From Sarea resinae (lineage: Eukaryota): DNA of 64,000 nt. Shown piece by piece: positions 1-12,886 of the stretch (the first letter of the stretch is position 1; every line of letters begins with the position of its first letter). The stretch spans positions 310,001-374,000 of the forward strand of contig JAPEUD010000001.1 of assembly GCA_026026165.1 (NCBI GenBank), in the 5' to 3' direction. The position numbers and the translations under genes were made by a program. The notes beneath the pieces were generated by a model. It searched no databases, was not told the DNA's origin, and was given only the letters and a program-made list of their open reading frames with translations.

Positions 1-1
1 C

Positions 2-224
2 GTGTCCCAGAGCGCCGCCGACATCCAGCAAATCTGCCGAGTCCGGAATAAGGATATCCGAAAGGTATGCCTGACCATCACATCACACGCTGCTTTCTGC
101 CCTTCCACTTCCCCTATCGGACATACATTTTCAAACAGAAGCATAAGTCACTAATTCTTCCCGACTTTAGTTTTTGGACGGTCTGTACGTCTCGGAGCGG
201 GGTAACATTGTTGACGCGGCATAG
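2..224 (+). CDS. RPL9: 60S ribosomal protein L9 (uL6), 3' end only; exons 2-64 and 171-224
   Basis: Spliced translation VSQSAADIQQICRVRNKDIRK|FLDGLYVSERGNIVDAA* matches the uL6 C-terminal signature. Intron 65-170 is GTATGC...CTAAT...TAG. Confidence 0.95.
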
Positions 225-1281
225 ATGGGAGTCATAGTTGTTGTTGGGCGCTGCGAGAGAGGAGAGGGGCTGTTGCTGTAGTTTGATGCATACGTGGTCG
301 CGTTAGAAAAGAAGCAGAAGGAGGAGAAGAAAGGAGGAGCAGCAAGGAATCACGTCTGGTGTCTGCGTCTCTATCTCTGAAGCTAGCCAAAATTCCGATG
401 CGATTATTTCCAAACAAAACCAACAAAGCCAAAGCTCTCTTGACTCCCGTGTCTGTCTGTCTACTGTCCACTGCCTGCTGTATACTGTATACTGTCTCAG
501 TACAAGTGTAAGTGGAAGTCGATGATCTGCAAATGAGAAGAAGCAGACAGACACCTACCTGATCGATGGCCTAGCAATAACATGGGAGAGCATATGATCC
601 TAAAGTCAGTAGACCGTCTGAGAACAGAGATTGAGGGTAAGTGGGCATCTACGAAAGAAGAACAACCCAGACGGCAAATAGCACGGCGAGAAAAGGGTTC
701 TTGACCCAGGGAAATCTATTCCGGAAGGCGACGTGCGGTGGAGTTAATCGTGAAGCATCTGCATTTCCGTCATCGCAATGGGCATGGATGTCAGACAGGA
801 TGAGGAAGATATATGGTAAGCTTTGGTTTGTTCATTTCCCACACGCCTTGGAGCCAGACAAAGACTTTCGTCCGGCGCCAGCGGATATCATTCGCCATGT
901 AAAGTACAGCTACAGCTAGCTAGCCCATTACGAGAAACTCCATGCCATGTCGTCTTGTCATTTACTGTTCCTTCTCTCTTCATGCATCGCATATATAATT
1001 GCCATCGACCATCTCTTCAAGTCATGTACCGAGAATTAGTTCATTCGTCCCATTCGTCGTATGTTCCCTTTTTCATCCATCATCTCATAGGTTCTCCTTC
1101 GATCAATCACAAGGAAGAAAATAAGAAAAAAGTTGAAAGCCCCATCTGGAGCTACTAAAACGCCACCCCAATTCCCATTTGCAATGCCAAAGCGCTCAAA
1201 GATGCATAAAACCCCGTCTCATGAGAATATTCGGATGTGACGGGTCAGTGGTAAAAGGACGATTCAATCCAACAAGACAGA

Positions 1282-2512
1282 TCAATGATGAGAATGCGAA
1301 TGTCGATCGTCGTGGATCCGCGAATCCGAGCTTTCGCTACCTGTTATGGCTGTTAGAATACCTGCGACAACTTCCCTCCAGACGATGATGGAGGCATTAT
1401 CACTACTTACTGGCACTAGTTGAGTAATCGCTGGTGTAGTAGCTGCTTCCCGTGTATTCGGTCTTCTCTTCCTCAACCTTGCGGTCATGTTTTCTCTTGA
1501 GTCCGAGGATGAGAGCGAGACCCGCCAGGCCCGCGGCCACCGCGCCTGCTCCGCCCAATCCACCCGACTTCCTCGGAGGGGGCGGTCGTGAACTTGGTGG
1601 CGGTGGTCTGCTTCCGGTGCCGTAGTACCCAGTTCCACCGCCACTATGATGCGAGTAGCGTTCTTCAATGACTGTCTCTTCGCGTCTCTTATGCTTGCCC
1701 AGGCCGAATATTGCCAGGAGACCGTCGATGCCTGCTTTAGCGCAGCAAAGCGCCAAGAGAAGCAGCAACAGGAGAATTCCTGCGAGAACACCGATGACAA
1801 TTCCTGCAATTGCGCCACCGCTGAGTCCATGATTTGTTGAAGATGTAACACCGGCCGTGGAGTTTGATCCAGTGGCAACAGGTGTCTGGTAGGGGACCGT
1901 GGTCGTCGGAGAGGATGTCGATGTAACGGTGGTTTTCCCAGAGCTCGTCGGTCGAAGCGGCGCGGAATAGGAACTATACCAGCTACTGTAGTATGCTGAG
2001 CTACCACCCCCACCAGCTGCACATTGCCCCGAGGTTTGACAGTATTGGCCACTTGCGCAGCAGATACTCCCACAAGGTGTTTCGTTTAGTGCATAGTTGC
2101 ATTTTGCGGTGGTTGATGGTTGTGATGTGCAGCTCGTTGTCGTGGCTTGCTGTGTCGCGCCCCCGAGGTAGGTACTATAGGTTGAGGTTTTCGTTTCCAA
2201 GTCCGTCTCGACCCAGGTAGTCGTGTAATATTGCCAACCAGAAGCCGTTGCGGGCGCGCTGGTGGTCGCCCCAGTCCCGCACTGGGCCTCGCCGGCTGAA
2301 TCGGTATAGCATGTTTGATCAGAAGCGCAGCACAGTTGACCGGACCATCCACATGGATTTGCGCATCGTTTATCCACTATCGTCTCATTGCCGATCGAAA
2401 CTGGAAAGGCTTCTTCAGCGCGAGGATATGGCTTCGCAGCGATAAGGTGTGCCGACGCTAGGAGGATGGTCAAGAGGGAGAGCAGAGTCGGTGATGATCT
2501 CGAAGCACGCAT
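1282..2512 (-). CDS. Cys-rich, Ser/Thr-rich cell-surface membrane protein (Mid2/Skg6-like architecture); exons 2512-1411 and 1340-1282
   Basis: Signal peptide, two Cys clusters (CANPCGWSGQLCC..., ETPCGSICCASGQYC), S/T stalk, TM segment LSGGAIAGIVIGVLAGILLLLLLLALCC and a second hydrophobic segment. Intron is GTAAGT...CTAAC...CAG. Confidence 0.85.
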
Positions 2513-3613
2513 CTCGGGGGTAGGTTGATTGATTTGGTCAGGCCCAAATCCTCTCAGCTGTGTTTTGGGTTCACAAGCCCCGGAGACGGTTGGCGAGATG
2601 GACGTGATTTCCCTATCTTAACGATTGATCGTTTTGATGATTTTCTTCTCGTATGCCAATTGAAGCATCAACAAGAGGTCGCAGGAATAGTAGGGAGCGT
2701 CCAATGATTTCCTTCTCTCAGTCCAGCATACCAGATTGTCGGATTGCAGCTTGCACAAACAAAGCGCAGGTAACGAACGCGAGTGCGAGCGAGGATGAAA
2801 GTTTGGAGAGAAGACAGTTGCGGGAAGGAAGATTGGAGGTGAGGAATGGAATATACAGAGTGGTGTCGAATTAGTCAATGGCTGGTGGTGGTGGTGGTGG
2901 TGGGTGTGAAGGGGATTAATTGTGGTGGTGGTGGTGGGGTTCCCAGCCACCTCAGAGTCCAGCCACCTGTTTGAAGATGCCGACCTGGGAATGAGGAGGT
3001 TGGACGAACAGACATGATGGATGGATCAGATGTGAATGGCACGATGAAGGTGAAGTGGGGATGTGCATGGATGCCAACGCATGGAAGGCATGATCGGAGT
3101 GCATGTGCATGTCCCTCTTAATCCTCCCTTCCATTCCATCTGCATCTCACAGACGTTTGATCAATCAATCGCTTTGTCGTCGTCCGGGTCTGTTGACACG
3201 GTCGGCAAAGTACAAGGTACCTCCCAGGCCGCCCAGTCGCTTATGATCAACCAGCCCCATCGGTCGGTTACCGCAGTGATCTCAAGTACCCTCGTACCTA
3301 GCTCATCTCGTACCGGAGTACCTGTACATTTTTCGATAAGATAAGATCTACTCCATAGGTACGAGCCGAGCTCCAGCTGATCTCCACAACTGAGTACTCT
3401 AGCGCAAGGTACTACCGGAGAGCATGCAAGGGAAATCGAGGTAGGTAAGGTAGGTAGGTAGTGGAGATAAGCTACCGTATGTAACAAATCTATAGATAGT
3501 AGTGTCACTGAGGTGAGGTGAACGACGTTCTTGAGTATTGTTCTGCGCAATTGATATGCAGCATCTCTGCTGGTGCAGCAGAGAGGGTTTTGGATTCATC
3601 ATGATATGCTTAC

Positions 3614-3636
3614 ATATATATATATATATATATATA
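3614..3636. repeat. (AT)n microsatellite just downstream of the permease stop
   Basis: About 11 AT units read directly. Confidence 0.95.
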
Positions 3637-3695
3637 CCGGAAAGTTACACGTGGGGAAACGAGATGGAGCTCAATATGTGCAAAGCAAAGAAAAA

Positions 3696-5593
3696 TCACA
3701 GGCCATTGTTACTGCAGCTGAAAGCCCCGCCAAACTGTTTCTGTTTGTACCCGTCGATAATGCTCTGAACAGAGGCCTAATGACGTATTAGCAAATGCCA
3801 TCTCTCGACATACAACGAGCTGACTTACGTAAGTACCGGCACCCAGGAAAAAGAAGCCGATTGCTATGATCAAGAGATTGAAGCATAGCCCTCCAATTCC
3901 TCGTATCCCACGTCGGTGGTAGAAACCGGGACCATAATCGTCCTGTCTCATCCGAATATAGGCAGTGCCCCAGAAGATGAAGCCGAAGAAGGAATCGAAC
4001 AATGAGCTCATCAGGGAGAGCAGATCGGAGAAGAATGGAATAACTTCGGCAATGATGAAGGCGAGAACCCAGGTGCAGGCAAGAATACCAGCCCATGAGG
4101 CCCATCCGACGACCGTATGACTGCCCTTGTGGCGGGTACCCTCGAAAATGCGGAAGAAGACAAACCGAGCCGATACGGAGGCGTACAGAACTCCGAGGAA
4201 GATCAAGGTGGGAATCATGAACGAGAACGCTACTTTTTTGTACACCTCGTTTCCGAGGGAGCCGAAAGCGGGCGATGTGTTGTAATTGGTGCCCGTATAT
4301 GCATAGACGACGGCTCCAACGAGACTGAATAAGATAACCTCAGCGATGGTAACGCACCATAAAGCCTTGGGGAAGTCCTTCGGATTCTTCATTTCTGCCA
4401 TGAAACTGGGGATCGTAATTTGCCCTATAAAGGTATAGCTGATGTTCAAAAATGCGTTCATCCCAGCAACGAACGTGGTGCCTTTCGCCGGAATAGCTAG
4501 GACTGTTGGAGCACCGCCGTGGAGCCCAGTCAAGGGAATGATTGAATTTGGGTCTGGGTTGTAACCAGTTGGGTGAGCTTCAATTCCCGCGAAGATCGCG
4601 GCCAGGAGGACCGAGATGAATGTGAAGAAGGCGGAGGCAGTGGCCAGCTTCGCGAGAGTGGAGAAAGTCCTTGGTAGGGAGCAAATGAAGGATATCACAG
4701 CCATGATGGCGGAGAATCCGATCGTGCAGACACTGTGATTGGTCATCGTGTTGAGATATTTAGCGCCGGTCAAGACGTGAAGAGCCTGTATTTGTTCAGC
4801 CTCTACACAATATTTGCCACCAGAGCGAAGTTCATACCTGGATGAATGTGTTGTTCAGCAAGAACATCACAGCGGTCAAATACCATGCCCATCTCTGGTT
4901 CCAATAGAGCATTTGACCCACGTCACAGACATCCCTGATCTGAGGATGACGAAGACAATATTCCCTGATATCCTTGGTCAGCTTGCGGATTAGGCCCCAA
5001 CAGCGAGCGAGAGACATACCACACAATTAAAGATGTGTACAGAACGAGACCCGCGATGACTACTGTCAGGATCAGTCCCGGGACCAGACCCAGAATCGAG
5101 TACGAGTACGGAAAGGACATGATAGCCAAGCAGATGTATTCAGAGAACAATAAGGCAGCGGTCTGGGAAATTCAACGTCAGTAAACTTTCGAAAAGGCCA
5201 ATCGATTTTGCTTGGTCAAGCAACAAATATGCTATGAAAACACTATAACTCATTTCAGGTTTGTTATCATCGCTGTGAAAGGTCGCAAACTAAAACAAAG
5301 TACTGGGGGATCTGGAACGAATACGGGCGCGACTGGAGAATGAGGTCAGACTTCACCTTTGGCCAGCTGCATGTCCTATACTTGATGGCATTTGAAGCCT
5401 CGAGCTCCACCTGCTTGCCCACGGTCAAGCTTGAATCCGTGTCCGATTCATGTCCGACGGCCGTCCTACTCAATCTCCGTCCGCTGTGCTTTTCGGGGTC
5501 ATATTCGTAGGTCTGCTGCAAGGGGTCTGATCCCTCTCTGGCTTGGTTGGAGTCATCGACTGACTTTTTGTGAAATCGGCCGCCTAACGCCAT
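3696..5593 (-). CDS. Neutral amino-acid permease (Aa_trans family, Neurospora Mtr-like), multi-exon
   Basis: Motifs AIKYRTCSWPK|TAALLFSEYICLAIMSFP, RDVCDVGQ, GQITIPSFMAEMKNPKDFPKAL, IAEVIPFFSDLLSLMSSLFD and many TM helices. The last exon ends ...GGAFSCSNNGL*. Confidence 0.93.
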
Positions 5594-5848
5594 TTTACCG
5601 TGCGGATCGTCTGGATGAATGGGGTGTAGTAAAGAGGTTTGCGCGCGAAGATCACCGACAGCATTAACCACGAGAAGCGCCTGCTATTGGGAAAGAAGAG
5701 CACGTGAACGAGGAATTGTCGCTCGTACACGGGCTATATAAGGGAGGAAGATGTAGCAGCGTCGTCTCGTCTCCTCGGAATCCTGGAGAGGCAAGGGAAT
5801 GAGATTCGGTGATTGGAGTTGGGATGCGTAGGGCAGAGCTCAATGCAA

Positions 5849-6008
5849 GATAAGAGAGTGCCAGTGGAAAGGAAGTGTGGCAAGCCCAAGGTCCAGTAAA
5901 AGAGCGCTGCTTCAGATCTGTGCCACGATGTGACGATAAGGGTAGGTAATAAGTATCCGATCTTTGGAGGGTCCTGGAGGGATGCGCGTATTATACAGAC
6001 GCAGGGCA

Positions 6009-6045
<37 letters not shown>

Positions 6046-6240
6046 GGGAGGGGAGGTGTTTTGTGGACGCCTTAGATGGGGCTGAGAACCATGGAGTGTG
6101 GAGTGCTATGAAAGTTGCACGCGGAGGGCTGCCGTCTACCTGGGGGTTTGATCCATGGGCCATTTCGATCCATTGGGCAATTGTCGATAACGCAGCAACA
6201 AAAGAGTCTAAAGCCGAACCTTTTCCTCTTTCACGATAAT
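5849..6240. promoter_or_regulatory. Cluster of GATAA elements upstream of the permease (putative AreA/NIT2 nitrogen control)
   Basis: GATAAG at 5849 and 5935, GATAAC at 6186, GATAAT at 6235, plus a TATA-like TATATA near 5735. Function is inferred from gene type. Confidence 0.4.
6009..6044 (+). repeat. Poly-G tract (36 G)
   Basis: Direct reading; flanked by further GGG runs. Confidence 0.95.
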
Positions 6241-8873
6241 GGAGGTCTTAGATCACCCCGTTTTTCTCTTTGCCTGACCTCACTCGGAACAAGGAACTGG
6301 GCAACGACGACTATTCGGACAGCAGAGAATTCAGCATGGAATACGGCACAATTGCGTATGCCCTATGGGAGTAGAGCAGAAGTCCATGAGAATACCACAT
6401 CACCAGGATGGATACGTACCTCTGATAGGCTACTAAAGTTGGGGAGGTGTGGGTGAGTGGAGGAGCGACGGAAGGACCGAACAACGACGCTACGCTGTCT
6501 TGCGCTTCAAGAGGCGTTCCCGGTGCGCTCTATGCAGACTAAGGTACCTAAGCAGTCTAATATACCTTAGTCCACTATGAGTTAGGTACCCAGCACGAAG
6601 TACGAATACGCCCTGCCTCCCAGGTACTTCGTACTATCTAGCAGCACCGTCCCACGGAGTATGGGGCGCCCGATCAAATCCAAGACTCCCGTCCATCACT
6701 GACGGATCTGTGTCTCCTGCTCATCACGTACCTACTAGGCAGGCAGCATCAATCATCCACCCCTATCGGGGTTTCGTGGTGAGGTTGGTACCTAAAGGTA
6801 GGTACTGAACGCATCTATTACCGCTCCCATGGACCTTTTCGCCCGACCGATCGGCCTCTGTCGCAATTGCCATGTGCGAAAAAGGAATGAATCGTACTGA
6901 AAGAGCAAGGTTCGGTCAGCGATCCAGGCCATCTCGATCGGGATCCGTGAAACTCAGACGCTTCTGGCTTCCAGAAGCAAGAGACGAGAGGCAGCGTCGG
7001 TCAATCAGTTGCCCAGAGTTACAAATGTCTATCAGCGGTGGCCTGCAACACAGAAACCCCCACGGTTTGGCTGGTTGCGGTGATCGAGAGCACTGCCGCC
7101 ATAACACGTACTAAAGGCAACTCCGATAAGATACCCACGAGTACTCACTGCAGTAGCACGTTAGCAGAGCAATGAGAGTGCTCTACATACATAGTACTCC
7201 GAGTAGTACTCCAGCTCCGTAGAGAGTGACCCGCAAAGGGCCAGAAAAAGCAATTCTCACTTGTCTATTCATTATTAAGATTACCTATTATGTACCCAAT
7301 GGCTTCGACCTCTACCCGCAAGCTTCGTACTTGACGTAGTCTAGGTCCTCTCTGCTGGCTGTCCCTGCGCCCGTCGCACCAGGACTGGCGCACCCCACAG
7401 CGACTAATTTTCAAAAGTCCGTAGTCCGTCGTCTGCGTGAGCTCTGGCGTGACGGCAGGAATCAGAGCGAACGTCGAAAATTGTTCTTTGAGCAGTAGTG
7501 TCAACCTGGAAGGCAAATGAGGATCCAACCACCGCCACCGTCAGTGACGTGCTTTGCGCTCCAGAATGGCCATAGACGCCATCCAGCCTAGATCTGCCAA
7601 CAGAGGCTAGACCTCCAGCAGGTTGGGACTGAACAACAGAATGAGAGAAGGTCCGAGGTCTTACCATCCATGGAGAGTACTTTGTACAGAGTAATGTACG
7701 TACTTTGTACAGAGTACCGTCTTCAGTGAGCCTACCTTGGCCTTCGCCCTCCGTAGGTAGTACGAGCGGAGACTTTTGTGTCAGGGCCCCTCGGCCCCGT
7801 CGAATCTCGAATACTGGTCGAGTGAATGCTCTTCGAGAATGATTGTTGCTTTGCGGGCGGGGCGGACGATGTACCTTTGGGAATTGGACTGCGTACTGAG
7901 CAGGCGGGATTGGTACGGAGTGCTGAGATCGACTCTATCACGGTACCTACTTCGTACAGGAGAGTACTATGTACGGAGTTGGTATTCCCCATACCATTCC
8001 AGGCCATGCTGCCCTGTGGACGAGCTGCTGGGCAGTCCAGAAGCTGCCTTACGTGGGCGGATACTGAGAGTATCCCGAGGGTAAGACGGCCACGAAAATC
8101 ATTCGAAGAATCGAAGACGGAGGAGATGATGTCAAGCGCCTCAGCGTCAGTCGACAAAAACCGTCTGTGGCGCCCCGAATTTACCTAAGACCTATTCATG
8201 CTGCACAACCTGGAAGAGCAACCGAATGCTGTACGTAAGCGTTCGGTTACCGTCGCATTACGCCGTACGCCCCCAGCACAAGAGTCTTGCAGAAAGGCTG
8301 TCCACATCCTTTTACCTGTTCCCTGTTGATGGTATGATGGCAATTTGAACCCCAAGCGACTTTCTCCTCGCTATGATTTTGTGTTGAGATCTCCTATGCG
8401 GTTGTGATGACAGGGGCCTGCTAGTTCTCTGTTGGTCCTTCGCATGTCCCTGGACAGGCTCCTGGACAAGTCATTCTGGAGCGAAAGCCCCATTGTCACC
8501 TGTAAGAAAAAGGAAGACAGAACAATAATAGGACTTCCATTGTCATTCCACCCGCAAAAGGACGTGATGCATATCCCGGACTACGGCTGAGAGCCGCCGC
8601 TGAAAGCAAATCAGTCCCACCCCCCCTCGCTGAAACCAATAACGTTATATTTTGGCAGTGTGATCCTGTTTACATAGAAGATTGAACGATTCGAGAAACA
8701 TAGGTACTCTCCATAGTACTTCCAAGTATCGTGAAAAGGTGTTGCTGGATCATAAGGCTCTCTTCAAGTGGTGAGACTGCGCGAAGCAAACACTCACCGC
8801 CCATGTCATATGTTCAAGCTACAGGTTACCGACGTATCATACTACATTCCCCAAAACTACTCTCGGGCAGTAA

Positions 8874-11760
8874 TCAAGCGTTCGTATCTCCAGAGGCAAG
8901 CTCGATCACTCTCTTCGCCGCCGCCTCGAAGTCATCGATCGCGTGAAGGGCAAGTCCGCTGTCAGCTATCTGATTTTAGGTTAGCACACCTTATCTATAT
9001 CTTATCAATGGGACATGAGCATTGTAGCACGATTCACCTTCTGTTGTCCGAGCTCTTCATTCGTTCCCTTCAACCGCACCACCACAGGAATGTCCATCGA
9101 AAGATCCTTGAATGCTAAGATGATACCATCGGCTATCACATCACAACGTATCAAGCCCCCGAATATGTTCACGAGAATTGCTTTGACCCTCAGATCTTTG
9201 AGTATGATTCTGAAGGAGCTTCGGATCGTTTCACTGGTGGCTTTGCCGCCAGTGTCGAGGAAATTGACGCACTTACCGCCGTGATCAGCCAATGCATCGA
9301 CAGTATTCATTGCAAGTCCTGCGCCATTGTCTTGATAGAAATCAGTCGTCATGGATAAATTTGATGAAAGTCAATTAGTAGCTAAGACAGTCGTGACCTT
9401 GCTGAGAAAGGTTCCAATGTCATTTCCCTATAAAAAGTAAAGAAAGCATGAGCCTTACCAAGGGTACCAATGGATCCGTCCCCAGGAAGACTAAAGGTAT
9501 GTTAATCGAAAGTGAACTAGCATGATGATGATACAGAGTGTAGCTTCGTACCTGATGTAAACAATCACCTCAGATTCAGCCTCAATCTCTTCCGGCTTCT
9601 GGTCTTCTATCGTCTTCAGGCCATGTACTTCTTCCTGCCTTCTTGCGCTCTTATATGCAGCATCATCGAACTCAAAGTTTGCCGTATGTATCTTGAAGGA
9701 GCCTTTTGCATCTACTGTGAATCGTGTCTCAAGAGAAACGCCTCTCTTATCAGAAATAAATCCACGAGAACTTTCAACAGCTTCGCAACGCTCTTCTTTG
9801 CGGCGTCGGATGTGAGATCCTGCAGCATATGGTTGGCTATCAGAGCGATCGTAGCTTGGCTTAGGCCGCTTCCATAGTCGAAGAGAGACCTTCGAAAGCG
9901 GACGTAGGCCTCGTGTGGATCTGCTGGAGATGAGGCTATCACGCATGGACAGCATTCAGTCCGGTCGATTGAAATGGTAAGAGAACGCTCGATGAAGGCC
10001 TCTCAGCTGATAGATTTCAACCGCCTCATCTTGAAGTAGCCTGAAGGCATCACACCGCTTAATATGCAATTTTCGCTTTTGTGTTACCTTCCCTGACTCT
10101 TGGAAAGATAGATCGATCTGGGTTCGAATACCGACGTGGTCTAGAACTTGAATCTTCGAACCCCCTTCTTTGAGCTAGAGAGCCTAGCGTCTATGGATGT
10201 AGTATCGCCATGAGTCCTCTGTATATGCACGAGGAAGTACATCTTACCTTGTGGTCGAATCCGACTATTGGCCTCGAAAGCAATTTTCTCATCTGGCTTC
10301 CGAACCTAGCTGGGTGATTCACTGTGAGGACACCAGCTTCCTTGAATGCTGTGATCTTAGCTCGGGCATCTGATTGTCCATTTCCAGTGAAAGCTCCAGC
10401 GTGCCCTATGACACGTCCAGGGGGAGCTTGTATGCCCGCAACGAGCGCCATAATAGGTCTATCGAATCAGATCAACAAATAGAAAGCCGACGGGAAATTG
10501 CCGTCATACTTCGGAATCAATGTTCTAGCATGATAATCCTTGATCCACTCCGCGGCTTCTTCTTCAGCTGTACCTCCTATTTCTATAACGATAATGATAC
10601 CCTCTGTCGCTTGGTCATGCTCGAATACTCTGAGAGCGTCCACGAAATTTGTGCCAGCAAGAACATCACCTCCCATACCAATGCAGATGCTTTGGCCAAG
10701 CCCAACTTCAGTGGTAGAGGCGACCGTCTCGTAGCTTAGAGTCCCAGATTTTGCAACAACTCCTATGCAACCAGGCGAGAAGCTTGTAAGGGGCTGGAAG
10801 CCTATACGGCAGTGGCCATTTGGTGATATAATGCCCGGGCTATTGGCGCCCACCAGCCGGGACTTGGATTGAGTTTTCAATATCGAGTGAATCTGTCATG
10901 GTAAACATCGACAAGACAACTGATGTTCATTGAGGCCAAATGCACATACACGCAATAGGTCATGAAGAGGAACATGTTCAGCAACAGGAACCACGAGTGG
11001 GATTTCGGCTTCGATTGCCTCTTCTATGGCCCTGGCGGCATGATTTGCTGCCACAAATACAGCTGTCGCGTCTGGTTTTAGTTGCTCTTTAGCCTGTACA
11101 TTTATTAGGCCAAGAGCAGCATAAAATGAGACTCCTTTCCGTCCTAGGACATCTGCTGGAACTCTCAGAGTCAAACGGCGTGAATTCTAATGCGGATATA
11201 TGGCGGGTGTCCGCCTCGTGCTTTTTGCGGCTGCCCGGCCTTGGGGAAAGACTAAGGTACCTTACAACTCTTAAATGGAGTAGGGTAGGTTGTGAAAATC
11301 ACGTACTGCTCTAACGGACGGCAAGAGGGGTAGCCTAAGATGTTCACCGTGCTTTCCAGGCGTGGTTCCACCAACGATCTGGGTCCCATATGCTAATGAC
11401 TGTTTTGCGGTTTGCCGTTGCCTCAACCTTATTTCAGTCATCGGAATATTTCAGATTCTCATCGGGAGGTACCTGCTTGCCTGAGGCAAGCAAAGCCGGT
11501 CAGCGGGACCATGCTGGTCGGTCGTGAGCGCGAGGAAAGGGTGCCGGTCTTCTCTCACCGGTGAAGCCTTGATAAATAACTCTCGTATGGGCTCCAATCT
11601 TCAGATTCGAGATCGTATCTTGATAAGATTGGAAGACCGAATTGGTAGTAAAGCAGGCGACCGAATGGCCAGACACCGTCGAAAAGGATGTCTTTTGCTG
11701 GAATCTACGTGACCACCGACGGACAACCGCGGATAATGGGTAAGGAAATGCTCTAGCCAT
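8874..11760 (-). pseudogene. Fused succinyl-CoA synthetase alpha+beta-like gene with several frameshifts
   Basis: Alpha motifs TRVIYQGFTGKQ, GANSPGII, AKSGTLSYE, GMGGD and GHAGA are followed on the same strand by beta motifs [30 protein letters not shown] and VVRLKGTN. Frame breaks occur at ~11409, twice within ~10190-9990 and at ~9733. Confidence 0.8.
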
Positions 11761-12364
11761 ATTGAACTTTGATCTTCGCGTGTGAGAGTATATCTATTCA
11801 GGCTCGAACGCAGACAGATAGATGCAAGGAATCACAGCATGCCGATGATGTTGATCGAATCGCCCTCGGTACCTCCTACTAGCCTTGTCGGCACCTGCAG
11901 TGAGAGCTATCGAGGCCCGACAGAAGTCTGAACAATTCTTCTACTTCGCGAAGGCCTGGGAGAGGTGTCCGGTCTTTTGTCTGCACGCGATGGGATGCTA
12001 ACCGAAGTACTATGGTAAATACTGAAGCCATACCTTCCTTCCCTGTCGAAGGGATGGTTAAAACGCAATCCATCTTACCACGGGCCAGACGTTCGGAACA
12101 TAGAAAAGCCATCTATATAGACTACCCATGTATATGATTTCTCTATAAGTCGTATCATCTGCTATATTCGTATACTCCCCGAGCCAGGTCAAAGCAAGCT
12201 GCTTCGCGCATAGCTTTCATTTCCTGCGGATCGTCTGGCTTGCCAGTATTAATGCGCCGATGCGGCAAGCAGAGCGCGGTATCTCACACCCGATTGAGAT
12301 GACTGATGATCCAGACGGTAACTCGGTTTGTCCAATCGAAGCGCATGGAGCAGGCTCACTGACG

Positions 12365-12886
12365 ATGAGTCAAGACTTGAAATCCTCCTTACGAAATATG
12401 TCGCTTTCTCGACCGAGTACAACACCGACAGCTTCAAAGACAAAGACGGCCGCCGTTGCGGAATCATGGGAAGATGATATCTCGTCTGGGGAGGATGACG
12501 ACAAATATCAGCAGGAGACCCAAAATGGAGATGAGACCGTTCTCGCGCCCCCTCCAACCCCAGCATCTCCCGGCATATTATCTCCGCTACAGGGTGACGA
12601 CATGCTAGATCGCGTATATGTTCATCCCGCAGCGAATGCCGGAAGTCGTGGAGGCGGTTCATCTCCGAACACTCCTACTTTAAGGCCGGAGAAACAGACG
12701 GCCGTAGCTGGAAGGCTGATTGCCGGAGCTCTGGGGATCCGGGCGCCAAAGAAAACCGAAGAGCAGAGAGCATACGAGAAAGCTGTCAAGGAAAAGGAGA
12801 TCAAGAAAAGAAATCTTCAGCGCGAGGCTGAGGCGAAGGCCAAGGAAGAAGCGGAGAAGGTCAAAGCTGCTATATGGGAAGATTGA
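12365..12886 (+). CDS. Small conserved-looking fungal protein with ESWED motif and C-terminal coiled coil (start could be 12299)
   Basis: Intronless ORF MSQDLK...AVAESWEDD...RPEKQTAVAGRLIAGALGIRAPKKTEEQR...AAIWED*. Confidence 0.75.
   Translation: MSQDLKSSLRNMSLSRPSTTPTASKTKTAAVAESWEDDISSGEDDDKYQQETQNGDETVLAPPPTPASPGILSPLQGDDMLDRVYVHPAANAGSRGGGSSPNTPTLRPEKQTAVAGRLIAGALGIRAPKKTEEQRAYEKAVKEKEIKKRNLQREAEAKAKEEAEKVKAAIWED

Noticed and set aside
1282..2073. 263-aa alternative-frame ORF and other long overlapping ORFs (e.g. 25888-26448, 62320-62922)
   Set aside because: They overlap well-supported genes in other frames or strands. Only the last codons of 1282-2073 are used, as the real terminal exon.
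5912..6239. Poly-Pro and poly-Gly ORFs
   Set aside because: Artefacts of the G36 tract.
6460..8870. Several overlapping short ORFs and a 17-bp direct repeat (GTACTTTGTACAGAGTA x2 near 7677-7715)
   Set aside because: No recognisable domain or consistent exon chain; treated as intergenic.
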